A stretch of DNA of 64,000 nucleotides from the NCBI GenBank assembly GCA_964529025.1, contig CAZGUZ010000001.1, positions 6,163-70,162 of the forward strand, written 5' to 3'. The notes beneath the pieces were generated by a model. It saw only the letters and a list, made by a program, of their open reading frames with translations, made no database searches and was not told the origin of the DNA. Positions 17,941 to 27,476 of this stretch are shown here, piece after piece. Every line of letters begins with the position of its first letter. The stretch's first letter is position 1. The DNA comes from an uncultured Candidatus Saccharibacteria bacterium. Its GTDB lineage: Bacteria; Patescibacteriota; Minisyncoccia; Phycocordibacterales; PALSA-1337. Both the position numbers and the translations under genes were made by a program.

Positions 17941-19041
17941 TTAGTGACGCAAAACTTGAGTTAGAGAATAAAGGGGTGTCAAAATCGACATAGCAAGGCC
18001 ACCAACAATGAGAGCAATAATGAGCAAAGCGCAAGGCTCAATAATTCGAATAAGAGTATCGAGCTTTTTAAGAATGAGCGCCAAAAGTTCATTCCTAATA
18101 TTACTTAAAGCAATAAGCAGAGTTCCATTTCTTTCTCCAACACGAATTTTACTGACATAACGAGGGTTCGAGAGTGGTAAATTAACTAAAAGCAAAGATT
18201 CGGAAATCAGTTGACCATTATTAATTCCCTCAACAATACTTTGGTGAATGGGAATAATTTCTTTCCTCATAGTATTGAACTTGTCGCTTTGCGCATATAA
18301 ACGCGGATTTTTTATCGTAAGCATAAGCAATGGCAAGTATTCAATACTCACATTGAGCCAGTGAATCTCTTTAATATGAGGAATCTTTTGCAAAACGTAG
18401 AGTATTTTATCTTTGAGTATTCTCCTTGAAAGAAAAATAATTATACCCAAAAGCACAGTGCAGCCACCCATTTCGAATGGATACATTCTTAAGAACTTAC
18501 TTGCATACAAAGTAATTTGTGTATACCAAGGAATATCTAATGGGAAAGCCAAAAGTACTTCTTGTATATGCGGCACAACCCCTAAAAGAATTCCAAGAGT
18601 CATACATATAACCACAATACTGCAGAGTACTGGATACAATAGAGCTTGAACAATTTTGGTGTGCAGTTGTGCATATATTGCTGCAAAATCGGCACAGCGA
18701 AGCGAGATGTCGCTCAAGCTATCATCGTATTCACTTTGCGCAAGAAGTGTCGTAATAGATGGACTCAATACTATACGAGCATTAATTGTTGCTGCATACA
18801 ATGACTGCCCCGAATTTATTAAATCCTTAATGTGGAGTAATTTAGTTTGGTGTCGCGGAACAGACTGAGCGGCAATGGTAAGTGATTCAGAAATATCAAG
18901 GCCAGCAGAGAGTAAATCACCGAGCGTACGAAAATAAATATCAGCATCTTCGTATCCAATATAAGTATTTATATCTTTATGCCAGAACTCTTTCAATTTC
19001 TGCTTGATTCGTAATTCCTTGTAGAACCTTTTTATTACCAT
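17941..19041 (-). CDS. Type II/IV secretion platform protein (PilC/GspF/ComGB-like)
   Basis: LGDLLSAGLDI.ESL, ALLYP, VGERNGTL, IIEP...ILTPLY; start uncertain. Confidence 0.85.
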   Translation of the reverse strand: MVIKRFYKELRIKQKLKEFWHKDINTYIGYEDADIYFRTLGDLLSAGLDISESLTIAAQSVPRHQTKLLHIKDLINSGQSLYAATINARIVLSPSITTLLAQSEYDDSLSDISLRCADFAAIYAQLHTKIVQALLYPVLCSIVVICMTLGILLGVVPHIQEVLLAFPLDIPWYTQITLYASKFLRMYPFEMGGCTVLLGIIIFLSRRILKDKILYVLQKIPHIKEIHWLNVSIEYLPLLMLTIKNPRLYAQSDKFNTMRKEIIPIHQSIVEGINNGQLISESLLLVNLPLSNPRYVSKIRVGERNGTLLIALSNIRNELLALILKKLDTLIRIIEPCALLIIALIVGGLAMSILTPLYSLTQVLRH

Positions 19042-20017
19042 GATCTTTCATTGTTGAATAAGGCTTTTTAATATTGCAACTTGTTTCAAATATTCCAGTT
19101 CTACCTATATAGCCACTGCGACATATGCAATTATGTGTACCACTACCCCCTTTGCATTGCATGCACAATGTGCGAATTAAACGCATTGCTACCGTACCGC
19201 GTAGAACTTCATTAATACTCGGTAGACTTGCTCCTAAATCAACTAAGCGTGAAATAACTGTACCGATACCATATGTATGGAGCGAAGCGTATACTGTGTG
19301 CCCAGTTAAAGCCGCTTGAATTGCAATTGCAACGGTTTCTGCATCGCGCAACTCGCCAATAAGAATGCAGTCTGGACTTTGGCGTAATACAGATTTGAGA
19401 CACTTTGCATATGTTCGACCTACATACTCATCAATTTCAATATGACGTACTCCTTTAAGTTCAACTTCGACTGGATCCTCAATTGCAATTACCACGTCAC
19501 GCTCTGCTCGATATGCAATCATACTGTGAAGTAGTGTTGTCTTACCCGAACCCGTTGGCCCAACAACAATAACCAAACCAGCAGAAGCTCGCATCATATT
19601 TTCAATATCATGGATATGCTCTTGATCGCAGCCCAAGTCTATAAGTGAGCGGTTCTGCATATGAGCAACACTTAAGCGCAATGTGCAAGAATACCCCCGT
19701 ACCGAAGGAATAAGGGCACAGCGGACATCGCCACTATTACTCATCCCCAGATTTTGCAAAGTACATGAACCGTCATGCGGTACATATTCAGCATCAATCC
19801 TCATACCCATCACAATGCGCAAATATCTAAAAAATTCATCGTGCGGTGTGGTATCAAGAGTTTTCGATAACTCACGCACACCATGGATGCGATATGCTAC
19901 GAGCATACTTTTTACCTGCCCCTGCACTACTGAATCAATATAAATATCCGAAGCACCGAACTGTAGTGCTTGATCAATGATTTCTTTGAGGGCTTTCTGT
20001 GGGTTATTTTTATCCAC
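18977..20017 (-). CDS. Short pilus assembly ATPase (PilB/GspE/ComGA-like)
   Basis: GASDIYI, GPTGSGKTT, IEDPVE, LRQSPD..LIGELRD, TGH....LH, CMQC, GRTGIFE. Confidence 0.92.
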   Translation of the reverse strand: MDKNNPQKALKEIIDQALQFGASDIYIDSVVQGQVKSMLVAYRIHGVRELSKTLDTTPHDEFFRYLRIVMGMRIDAEYVPHDGSCTLQNLGMSNSGDVRCALIPSVRGYSCTLRLSVAHMQNRSLIDLGCDQEHIHDIENMMRASAGLVIVVGPTGSGKTTLLHSMIAYRAERDVVIAIEDPVEVELKGVRHIEIDEYVGRTYAKCLKSVLRQSPDCILIGELRDAETVAIAIQAALTGHTVYASLHTYGIGTVISRLVDLGASLPSINEVLRGTVAMRLIRTLCMQCKGGSGTHNCICRSGYIGRTGIFETSCNIKKPYSTMKDHGNKKVLQGITNQAEIERVLA

Positions 20018-20177
20018 ACTTTAAGTCTATGTTATGGAAATAAAATAAACATAAAGAATCGATCAATGCCTGTTAAATAATTTTATTCATTTTAATAAAA
20101 CCGCACTTGGGTTGCCGGCTGCAGATAATTGCCAAATCTGTTTTTTGTGGTAATGTATTTCCTAGCTAGCACAAACT

Positions 20178-20816
20178 ATGAATGTACATTTCATTGGAAA
20201 GCCCTGCAGTGGCAAAGGGCGACTTGGTGAGCACCTCATTGAGGTGCTCCGGCAGAATGGCTTCCCCGCATTCTATGCGGGAACTGGAGCTGCGGTTCGA
20301 TTCAAGATCGAAACCGACCCCGCCTTTGCAAGGCAATTTAGGGCGAAAATCGAGAGGCGGTCTCTACTCGATGATGGTCAACTCTGGACAATTGTCCAAG
20401 AGCTCATCGTAAGGAATAATATTCCTTTGAACGATCCCGACGTGGTAATCCTTTGGGACTGCGTACTGCGGAATGCAGCACAGACCCGGCGGATGAGCCA
20501 GGAGGGAATCCTCCAGCCCGGCGACCTGGTGATTTACGTCGAAGTCACCGACGCAACTGCTAAGATGAAGTTACAGCTGCGGAGAGAAGAACAACATCGA
20601 ACTGATGACAACACCGATGCACACGACGAAGGTGTTCGTCGGTTCAATGCCAGTCTTCATGAGGTGCTCGGCGCCATTCGCGAGTCGGGGGCAACCTTGG
20701 TTACGGTGAACGCAAACTTGCCGCTCGAGAAGTGGCTTGCAAATGCCAGGAAGCAGATGTTCGATCACTTCCAGGCTCAGGGCTTCACAGCCCAAGGCAC
20801 CCCTGTTGCGGCTTGA
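20178..20816 (+). CDS. Divergent adenylate/NMP kinase-like protein
   Basis: P-loop GKPCSGKG, DCVLRN..Q in place of DGFPR..Q, RTDDN. Confidence 0.7.
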   Translation: MNVHFIGKPCSGKGRLGEHLIEVLRQNGFPAFYAGTGAAVRFKIETDPAFARQFRAKIERRSLLDDGQLWTIVQELIVRNNIPLNDPDVVILWDCVLRNAAQTRRMSQEGILQPGDLVIYVEVTDATAKMKLQLRREEQHRTDDNTDAHDEGVRRFNASLHEVLGAIRESGATLVTVNANLPLEKWLANARKQMFDHFQAQGFTAQGTPVAA

Positions 20817-20838
20817 AAGCTGTTACAGCGCAAAACGA

Positions 20839-20868
20839 AAAGCACCCCCACGGGGGTGCTCTTTTTTT
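20839..20868 (+). terminator. Terminator hairpin
   Basis: AGCACCCC-CAC-GGGGTGCT followed by CTTTTTTT. Confidence 0.7.
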
Positions 20869-20890
20869 GGTAATTTTAATGCTTCCTTTT

Positions 20891-23800
20891 TTACAAAACC
20901 CCTTTTGCAAGAGCACAGAATTCGCAATCGCTATCTTTGCATGCTTTTTCGGCAAATCTACCTTCTGCAATTATTGTTGCAGCTTCGAGCATTGTCGTAC
21001 GCAGTGTTTCAATATCATTATCAGGAATAACAAAGCGCTCTTTTCTTAACTTTCCGTTTTTTTCTTGGAGTAAAAAGTCGAGCTCGGCTGAAGCAAAATT
21101 AAACTTATGCTGTGGATCATTGTCTACAAGATAGCGATAAAAGCACAGCTGCCGATATTCGTTTCCGCTACTTGTTGCAGTAAGACCCATGATTTCATTA
21201 CGCGTTTTAGGATTGCCCGTTTTATAATCAACGACGTTTACATGAGTATCATCAAGAAGTTCAATCTTATCCAAATTACCCGTAAGCGGAAGATCGCGCT
21301 CAGTCTTTGCACCACTCTCATCTTGGAAAGTTGTCGGCAATGTTACACCCTTAAGCGTATACTCGGTATATAAGTTTCGCACCCAGCCACCATTTTTTGT
21401 ATAGTATTCAATGTATGAACGCAACATATCAGTTCCCCGTTTAAGTTCTTCGGCAAAAATAGCATCAGAGAGCGGTTGTCGACTGAGTTCAGACTCAAAC
21501 AAAGAACAAACAAGATCAGCAGACATATCTTCTTCGACTCGATACTTATCAAAGAATGTTCGAAGAACTCCATGAATCGTAGTACCAAACATTTGATGCT
21601 TTGATTTGGCTTGTGGAATTCGTACCAAGTTTACAAAAAAGTATTTCCAAGAACATTCCAAAAAGTTATTGAGTGCCGTTACAGAAAGACCTCGCTCAAA
21701 GAATAATTCCCGCAAATGTGTTTGTACTGATGTATTAAGAGTAATATCCGCTTCAGACCCTGCCCCACTTGCTCGGTGCACTGGCAAAGGATTTTGTGAA
21801 GCATACTGTTCGTGCTGGAGTAGGTCGGGATTAAGTTCGCCAATAAATTGTGAAGGTAGGACTTCTTTTCCATCGGCTTTTGTCTGAGAGTGAGTAATAA
21901 CAATATGTTTTTTTGCTCGTGTTAATGCAACATAAAATAGACGGCGATCATCATCAATAGTTCCAAGGCCTATATGCGCTGTACTTGGATTCTTAAAAGA
22001 ATTTCGCTGTGTGGCATTGCCCCAAGCACCATCATTAACACCAACGACATAAACATATTCAAACTCAAGCCCTTTTGAACTGTGCGCTGTCATGAGCGAA
22101 ACACCACCTTCGGCATGTGAAAGACCTTTTTTAGATTTAATACCATGCTCTTTAACCGAATGAACATAATCAACAATGTGGCCGATATGCGTAACTCTTT
22201 GAGAGCTCAAAGCATCGCGTGCATCGCTCACAAAAGAATCAACAACATGGAGTCGCTCAAGCCCTGTTGGTCCGGTCAAGATCCAGGAAATAAAGCCAGA
22301 GGTTTTCATGATATTTTCTATCATTTCCATACTCTGTGTTGCCCGCGCTTGCGGGGCCAGTGTATGCACCAGTGTCGATATTTTTGTATATGCATCAAGA
22401 AATGCTGGCGAAGCAGATCCAGAATGAGCATAGTTTTCTATCTTTCGGAAAAATGACACCGTTCCGCTTTCGCGCTTCTGCGGCGTGGTCGGTGCATGTA
22501 AAATATCTATGATTTCAGTCAAAGGAAAACCCATAAATGGTGCCAGAGCAAGAGTTGCACAAGCTTCATCATTGGCAGGATTCCAGACAAACTCTACGAG
22601 TGAAACTAAGAATCGCACATCGCTATCCTCAAGAAGATTTTGCTCAGAAAAAACGTGATGCTGTACTCCTAAATTCCTTAATGCTTGAGCATAGGGCTCT
22701 GCATTACTATTTGCTCGATATAAAATGGCAATATGCGAAGGCTTGATTCCCTCGGCAATATTTTTCTGAATTGACTGTGTAACATATTCAATTTCACTTG
22801 CTGTATCTGCACATGCAATAACATCTATTGGCCGAGAATTATACGGAGCATATGCTGTAAGGTGCGTATGCGAATGACCCTCGGGCATTATATTGTGCTC
22901 AATAAGGGAATGTGCAACATCAAGAACATGTTGAGTCGAACGATAATTTGCATGGAGCTTAATAATTTGTGCTTGCGGATACTTTTGTGAAAAATACAAA
23001 AAGTTATCGAGCGATGCTCCTTGAAAACGGTAGATAGCTTGTTTTTCATCTCCCACAATAAAAAGGTTAGGGTTATCGTGGAAACATGTCACCAGCTCAA
23101 GCAATTTGTTTTGCACATTATTAGCATCTTGATGCTCATCAGCCAAAACATATTGATATGATTCTTGAACGATGAGTCTAAAATCTTCATCATTTTCAAG
23201 AACGCGAACCACTTCCATAATCATATCGTCATAATCGTACTTGTGACTGCTCGCGAGAGCATGCTCATATGCTTCATATACCAAAAGAAGCTCTTTATTT
23301 TTCTCTATTCTCTCTTTCGCTTTAACATGCTCGGCTTTCATTTTTCCCTTATGAGCACCCTTTTCATGATAAAGGTCAGGAATAGCATTCCATGCTTTTT
23401 CGGCAATTTCTATACTTTTTTTAAAATCTTGAGGCGAAATATTTTCGCGCTTCATGGTGCTAATTTCTCGAATACATGGATCAACATAATACAAAGGATC
23501 TCCGTGGGGTCGAAGCAGGGTCAATGACTGCTCTGTTATGCAGGTTGCAATCATACTTTTTTTATCCAAGTCAGAAATATTTACCGCCCCAATGATACGA
23601 GGAAATCTTTCGGGATACTGCTGAATTAGACTATGCGCAAAACCGTGGAAAGTTGCTATATGAATTCGATATGCAGTGGTGCCAATAATACCAGCAAGCT
23701 TTGAGCGCATAGCAAAAGCGCCAGCCTCGGTAAATGTAAGAGCAAGAATTGTTTCGGGTTCGGCTTGTGTTGTCCTCAGAATATTTGCAATACGCAAGGT

Positions 23801-23968
23801 AAGAATTGTTGTCTTACCTGTTCCGGGGCCAGCAATAACAACGACAGGACCTTCAACAGTGTCGACAGCTCTTTTTTGCTCTGGATTAAGGCCCTGATAG
23901 AGCTTTAAAAAATGCTCTTCGTATTTTTGAGCCTCTATTTTGACCGATGTATGCTTTTTTTGAGCCAT
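20891..23968 (-). CDS. UvrD/PcrA-family helicase with C-terminal PD-(D/E)xK nuclease
   Basis: AGPGTGKT, DEHQD, VGDEKQAIYRFQGA, SKGLEF, YVALTRAK, then GNLDKIE..VVDYKTG and C-terminal Cys cluster; start at ATG 23968. Confidence 0.93.
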   Translation of the reverse strand: MAQKKHTSVKIEAQKYEEHFLKLYQGLNPEQKRAVDTVEGPVVVIAGPGTGKTTILTLRIANILRTTQAEPETILALTFTEAGAFAMRSKLAGIIGTTAYRIHIATFHGFAHSLIQQYPERFPRIIGAVNISDLDKKSMIATCITEQSLTLLRPHGDPLYYVDPCIREISTMKRENISPQDFKKSIEIAEKAWNAIPDLYHEKGAHKGKMKAEHVKAKERIEKNKELLLVYEAYEHALASSHKYDYDDMIMEVVRVLENDEDFRLIVQESYQYVLADEHQDANNVQNKLLELVTCFHDNPNLFIVGDEKQAIYRFQGASLDNFLYFSQKYPQAQIIKLHANYRSTQHVLDVAHSLIEHNIMPEGHSHTHLTAYAPYNSRPIDVIACADTASEIEYVTQSIQKNIAEGIKPSHIAILYRANSNAEPYAQALRNLGVQHHVFSEQNLLEDSDVRFLVSLVEFVWNPANDEACATLALAPFMGFPLTEIIDILHAPTTPQKRESGTVSFFRKIENYAHSGSASPAFLDAYTKISTLVHTLAPQARATQSMEMIENIMKTSGFISWILTGPTGLERLHVVDSFVSDARDALSSQRVTHIGHIVDYVHSVKEHGIKSKKGLSHAEGGVSLMTAHSSKGLEFEYVYVVGVNDGAWGNATQRNSFKNPSTAHIGLGTIDDDRRLFYVALTRAKKHIVITHSQTKADGKEVLPSQFIGELNPDLLQHEQYASQNPLPVHRASGAGSEADITLNTSVQTHLRELFFERGLSVTALNNFLECSWKYFFVNLVRIPQAKSKHQMFGTTIHGVLRTFFDKYRVEEDMSADLVCSLFESELSRQPLSDAIFAEELKRGTDMLRSYIEYYTKNGGWVRNLYTEYTLKGVTLPTTFQDESGAKTERDLPLTGNLDKIELLDDTHVNVVDYKTGNPKTRNEIMGLTATSSGNEYRQLCFYRYLVDNDPQHKFNFASAELDFLLQEKNGKLRKERFVIPDNDIETLRTTMLEAATIIAEGRFAEKACKDSDCEFCALAKGVL

Positions 23969-24047
23969 ATATAAGGTAAGTATAGCATTGTGGCTTTGTG
24001 TTATTTGGATTGACATTTGATTAATTTGGTGTTAGGGTATCGGCAGT

Positions 24048-24305
24048 ATGAATATTCAGGCAATTCTTCTTGCGCTTTATCTGGGCGCAGGACATAGGAT
24101 CGTCACAACTCAAACTCGTTCAGGACAGCTTTACAAAGACTGCCAGTTCGAGTACGCCAACCCATTTAGCGGAGTAATCTGCTTCTGGGTCGGCAACAGG
24201 CTCGTCAAGGTGGCAGCGGCAGATGTCGCTGTCATCCATGTCTCGGACCTTGCAGAAGGTCCGCTGCTGTGGTTCGACAAGAATCTGCTTGAACGGGTCG
24301 CATGA
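24048..24305 (+). CDS. Orphan hypothetical protein (85 aa)
   Basis: TTGACA-17-TAGGGT promoter just upstream and a palindrome downstream. Confidence 0.6.
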   Translation: MNIQAILLALYLGAGHRIVTTQTRSGQLYKDCQFEYANPFSGVICFWVGNRLVKVAAADVAVIHVSDLAEGPLLWFDKNLLERVA

Positions 24306-24330
24306 TCGGTCGACGACGTGAAGTAGCCAC

Positions 24331-24358
24331 AAGCCCGGCGCGCATGCGCGCCGGGCTT
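24331..24358. repeat. Perfect 28-bp GC-rich palindrome (terminator-like)
   Basis: AAGCCCGGCGCGCATGCGCGCCGGGCTT. Confidence 0.85.
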
Positions 24359-24401
24359 TACTCTCCCCTTTTAATTTACATACTCGAGTAAAATATTTAC
24401 T

Positions 24402-24441
24402 CCAAACAAAAAAACGAGCATTGCTCGTTTTTTTTTGTTTG
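24402..24441. terminator. Bidirectional terminator after rpoD
   Basis: CAAACAAAAAAACGAGC-ATT-GCTCGTTTTTTTTGTTTG. Confidence 0.75.
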
Positions 24442-24445
24442 CCTC

Positions 24446-25642
24446 TTAATAGTTCTTGAGTCGATTTATCTTTTCGTGCTGGCGAATCTTGTCGTGAGCC
24501 TTAGCTTCGATCTGGCGAATACGCTCTCGCGTAACACCGAACTCTTTACCTACTTCTTCTAGAGTATGAGTAATGCCATCGAGCAAACCGTGACGCATTT
24601 CAAGAATCTTACGCTCTTTTGGTGAAAGATCATCCAAAATTTCTTTAACTTGATCTGTAAGAATTCGTCGTGAAGCTTCTTGATCTGGTGAAAGAATCTT
24701 ATCATCGGCAATAAAGTCTCCGAGGGTTGATTTACCGTCTTCACCATCATCACCAACGGGGTTTTCGAGTGACACAGTGTCCTGATCGATTTTCTCAATG
24801 TTATAAACTTTCTCTACATCAAGACCCATTTCGGTTGCAATTTCATCGGCCAAAGGATCACGGCCAAGGTCTTGTGTAAGGCGGCGAACCACTTGCTTAT
24901 ACTTTGCAATAGTTTCTACCATGTGCACAGGAACACGAATAGTACGTGACTGATCAGCAAGAGCACGGGTAATTGCTTGGCGAATCCACCATGTGGCATA
25001 TGTTGAAAATTTAAAGCCTTTTGTCCAATCAAATTTATCTACCGCTTTAAACAAACCGAGGTTTCCTTCTTGAATAAGGTCAAGGAGTGTAAGATCAGGG
25101 CTTCGGCCTACATACTTCTTTGCAATAGAAACCACGAGTCGCAAGTTAGCTTTTGCCAAAAGACCCATAGCCTCTTTGTCGCCAGCTTGAATTCGCTTTG
25201 CAAGCTCTTTCTCTTGAGCAGCATTAACGAGTGGATATTGGCCGATTTCTTTAAGATACATCTGAATCGAGTCAAAACCAGCATCACCACCACGAGATCC
25301 ATATGAGTACTTCTTTGTATGAACAACTGGCTCTGGTTCTACTTCAAGTAAGCCTCCACCTTCAAGAACATCTACCCCTGCTGTTGCGAGCTTTTCATAG
25401 AGTTCATCAAGGAAAACAATATCTGATTCAATGGTTGGGAAATCCTTAAGAATTTCGTCGTACGTAACAAAGCCTCGCTCTTTTCCTTTTGCAACGAGTT
25501 TATCTGCTTTAGCCGAAAGATCTTTAGCTTTAACTTTTGTAGTATCTTTTTTTGGATGCTTTGCTCCAGAGTGAGTTGTCTTTTTACTCTTAACTTTAAC
25601 CTTTGTCTTAATAACTTTCTTTTTTGTTTTCTTTGTGGCCAT
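24446..25642 (-). CDS. rpoD: Primary sigma factor RpoD/SigA
   Basis: [57 protein letters not shown]. Confidence 0.97.
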   Translation of the reverse strand: MATKKTKKKVIKTKVKVKSKKTTHSGAKHPKKDTTKVKAKDLSAKADKLVAKGKERGFVTYDEILKDFPTIESDIVFLDELYEKLATAGVDVLEGGGLLEVEPEPVVHTKKYSYGSRGGDAGFDSIQMYLKEIGQYPLVNAAQEKELAKRIQAGDKEAMGLLAKANLRLVVSIAKKYVGRSPDLTLLDLIQEGNLGLFKAVDKFDWTKGFKFSTYATWWIRQAITRALADQSRTIRVPVHMVETIAKYKQVVRRLTQDLGRDPLADEIATEMGLDVEKVYNIEKIDQDTVSLENPVGDDGEDGKSTLGDFIADDKILSPDQEASRRILTDQVKEILDDLSPKERKILEMRHGLLDGITHTLEEVGKEFGVTRERIRQIEAKAHDKIRQHEKINRLKNY

Positions 25643-25646
25643 TGTT

Positions 25647-27419
25647 TTAATTGTTACGTGATCGTTTTTCTTCTATGCCCCGCAAACGAATTCCAATCTC
25701 TTGGCATCGCGCTAACCATTTTTGAACCTCGCTTTCACTATCTTTTGTTCGCTCTGCAACAGTTATTTTTTCCATGAGGACTGCAAACTCTTCTCTGAGC
25801 AGACTTTCTTCGAGCGATTGAATGAGTTCTCCGAAAGTTTTTTCGAGAGCTTGAGGATCATTTCCGTAGAGAACCTCTATTTCGAAAGCTCCATCTTGAT
25901 ACTGAGTTAAATATTCGGTGTGTATTACATTATATTTTTCTTCACCAACTATCGCTCGTAATTGTGCATCGAGTTTTTCGACGGCACCGGCTACACCCGT
26001 AAGTACTGTTCTGATTCCTGATATTTTCTTAAGTATAGCATGTTCTTTTGCAAGTACTGGGTCAGGAGCTTTTGGCGGCGGTGACTCTGGAGCACTGCGA
26101 GCACGCTGCGGATCCGACTTTGCTCGGATTTGAGCTTTTTCAAATGCTTTAACATCGTCCCATACTGCATTTTCGGGAATATGTAACCTTTCGGCTATGA
26201 GGCGCACAAAGTGTGAGCGCTCCATCGTACTCTTAATTTTTGCTATGAAGGGCAAAGCGAACTCTCGAACTAATTTAGTAGCCTTTCGTATGTCAGAGTG
26301 TTCTTTAAGGATGCCGTCAACCACGTACTCAACAATATGTACTGAGTTCTTGAGGGCAAGCTTCCACTGCTCTGGATTATCACGAATCAAGTCGGCAGGA
26401 TCTTTTGCATCAGGAATTCTTGCAACCTTAACATCCATACCAAGTGAGAGCAGAATATCTGCTGATCGCAAGGTTGCTTTTCTACCTGCTTTATCAGAAT
26501 CAAAAGCAAGAATCACATTTGGTGAAAGCCGTTGAACGATTCCAAGATTATTAACTGCATCGGTTCCAACAGAATCATTAAGAGCAGTACCCGAAACTGC
26601 AATGGTATTACGCGTACCAATTTGATGCGCCATGATTAAATCCATTTGACCTTCAACAAAGATAGAGTAACCCGCTTTGCGAATTGCACCCTTTGCTTTA
26701 TCAATTCCAAACAAAACATTAGCTTTGGTAAAGAGCGGAGTTTCTGGACTATTTAAGTATTTTGCCGATTCGCCGTCATCAACAAGAATGCGCCCGGTAA
26801 AAGCAATAACACGACCGCTCGAATCACAAATAGGAAACATAACTCGACCGCGGAACCTGTCGTACATTCCCTTTTCTGTCTTTTTACCCAAACCATAGGT
26901 CTCGATTTCTGCTTCAGAATACCCACGAGCTAATAAGTGCGTAGTAAGCAATCGCCACTCAGCAGGAATAAAGCCGATACGGAAACTTGCAATTGTCTCG
27001 GCAGTTAAACCTCGTGACTCAACATATGTGCGTGGAGCATCATGTAATGCAAACTGCTTTTCAAAAAACTTTGCAGCATCTTCCATGATTGCATAGCTGC
27101 GTTCTTTTTCTGCTTTTGATTCACGAGTATAGGTAAGATCGAGTTGAACACCTGCGCGTTCGGCAAGCAATTTGAGGGCGCCCATAAAATCAAGGCCTTC
27201 AAATTGCTCAACAAACGAAAAGATGTCTCCTTTTGCCCCGCAACCAAAACAATAGTATGTTCCTCGGTCAGGCGAAACAAAGAAGGAAGGTGTCCTTTCA
27301 TTGTGAAATGGACACTTTCCCTTCAATGTTTTGCCCGCAGGCTTAAGCTCAATATACTGGCCGACAACGTCGACAATATTAAGCTTATCTTTAATTGTTT
27401 CGACAGTAGATCGTTGCAT
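25647..27419 (-). CDS. dnaG: DNA primase
   Basis: [11 protein letters not shown]...CFGC zinc finger, [21 protein letters not shown]. Confidence 0.97.
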   Translation of the reverse strand: MQRSTVETIKDKLNIVDVVGQYIELKPAGKTLKGKCPFHNERTPSFFVSPDRGTYYCFGCGAKGDIFSFVEQFEGLDFMGALKLLAERAGVQLDLTYTRESKAEKERSYAIMEDAAKFFEKQFALHDAPRTYVESRGLTAETIASFRIGFIPAEWRLLTTHLLARGYSEAEIETYGLGKKTEKGMYDRFRGRVMFPICDSSGRVIAFTGRILVDDGESAKYLNSPETPLFTKANVLFGIDKAKGAIRKAGYSIFVEGQMDLIMAHQIGTRNTIAVSGTALNDSVGTDAVNNLGIVQRLSPNVILAFDSDKAGRKATLRSADILLSLGMDVKVARIPDAKDPADLIRDNPEQWKLALKNSVHIVEYVVDGILKEHSDIRKATKLVREFALPFIAKIKSTMERSHFVRLIAERLHIPENAVWDDVKAFEKAQIRAKSDPQRARSAPESPPPKAPDPVLAKEHAILKKISGIRTVLTGVAGAVEKLDAQLRAIVGEEKYNVIHTEYLTQYQDGAFEIEVLYGNDPQALEKTFGELIQSLEESLLREEFAVLMEKITVAERTKDSESEVQKWLARCQEIGIRLRGIEEKRSRNN

Positions 27420-27476
27420 AGTTGGAACGCACGATACACATCGGGCACTTACAGAACACCACTACAAACTCACAGT

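Noticed and set aside
20891-23968. Helicase-nuclease as a novel defence system
   Set aside because: The UvrD + PD-(D/E)xK architecture is a common AdnAB/AddAB-like repair enzyme and has no defence-gene context here
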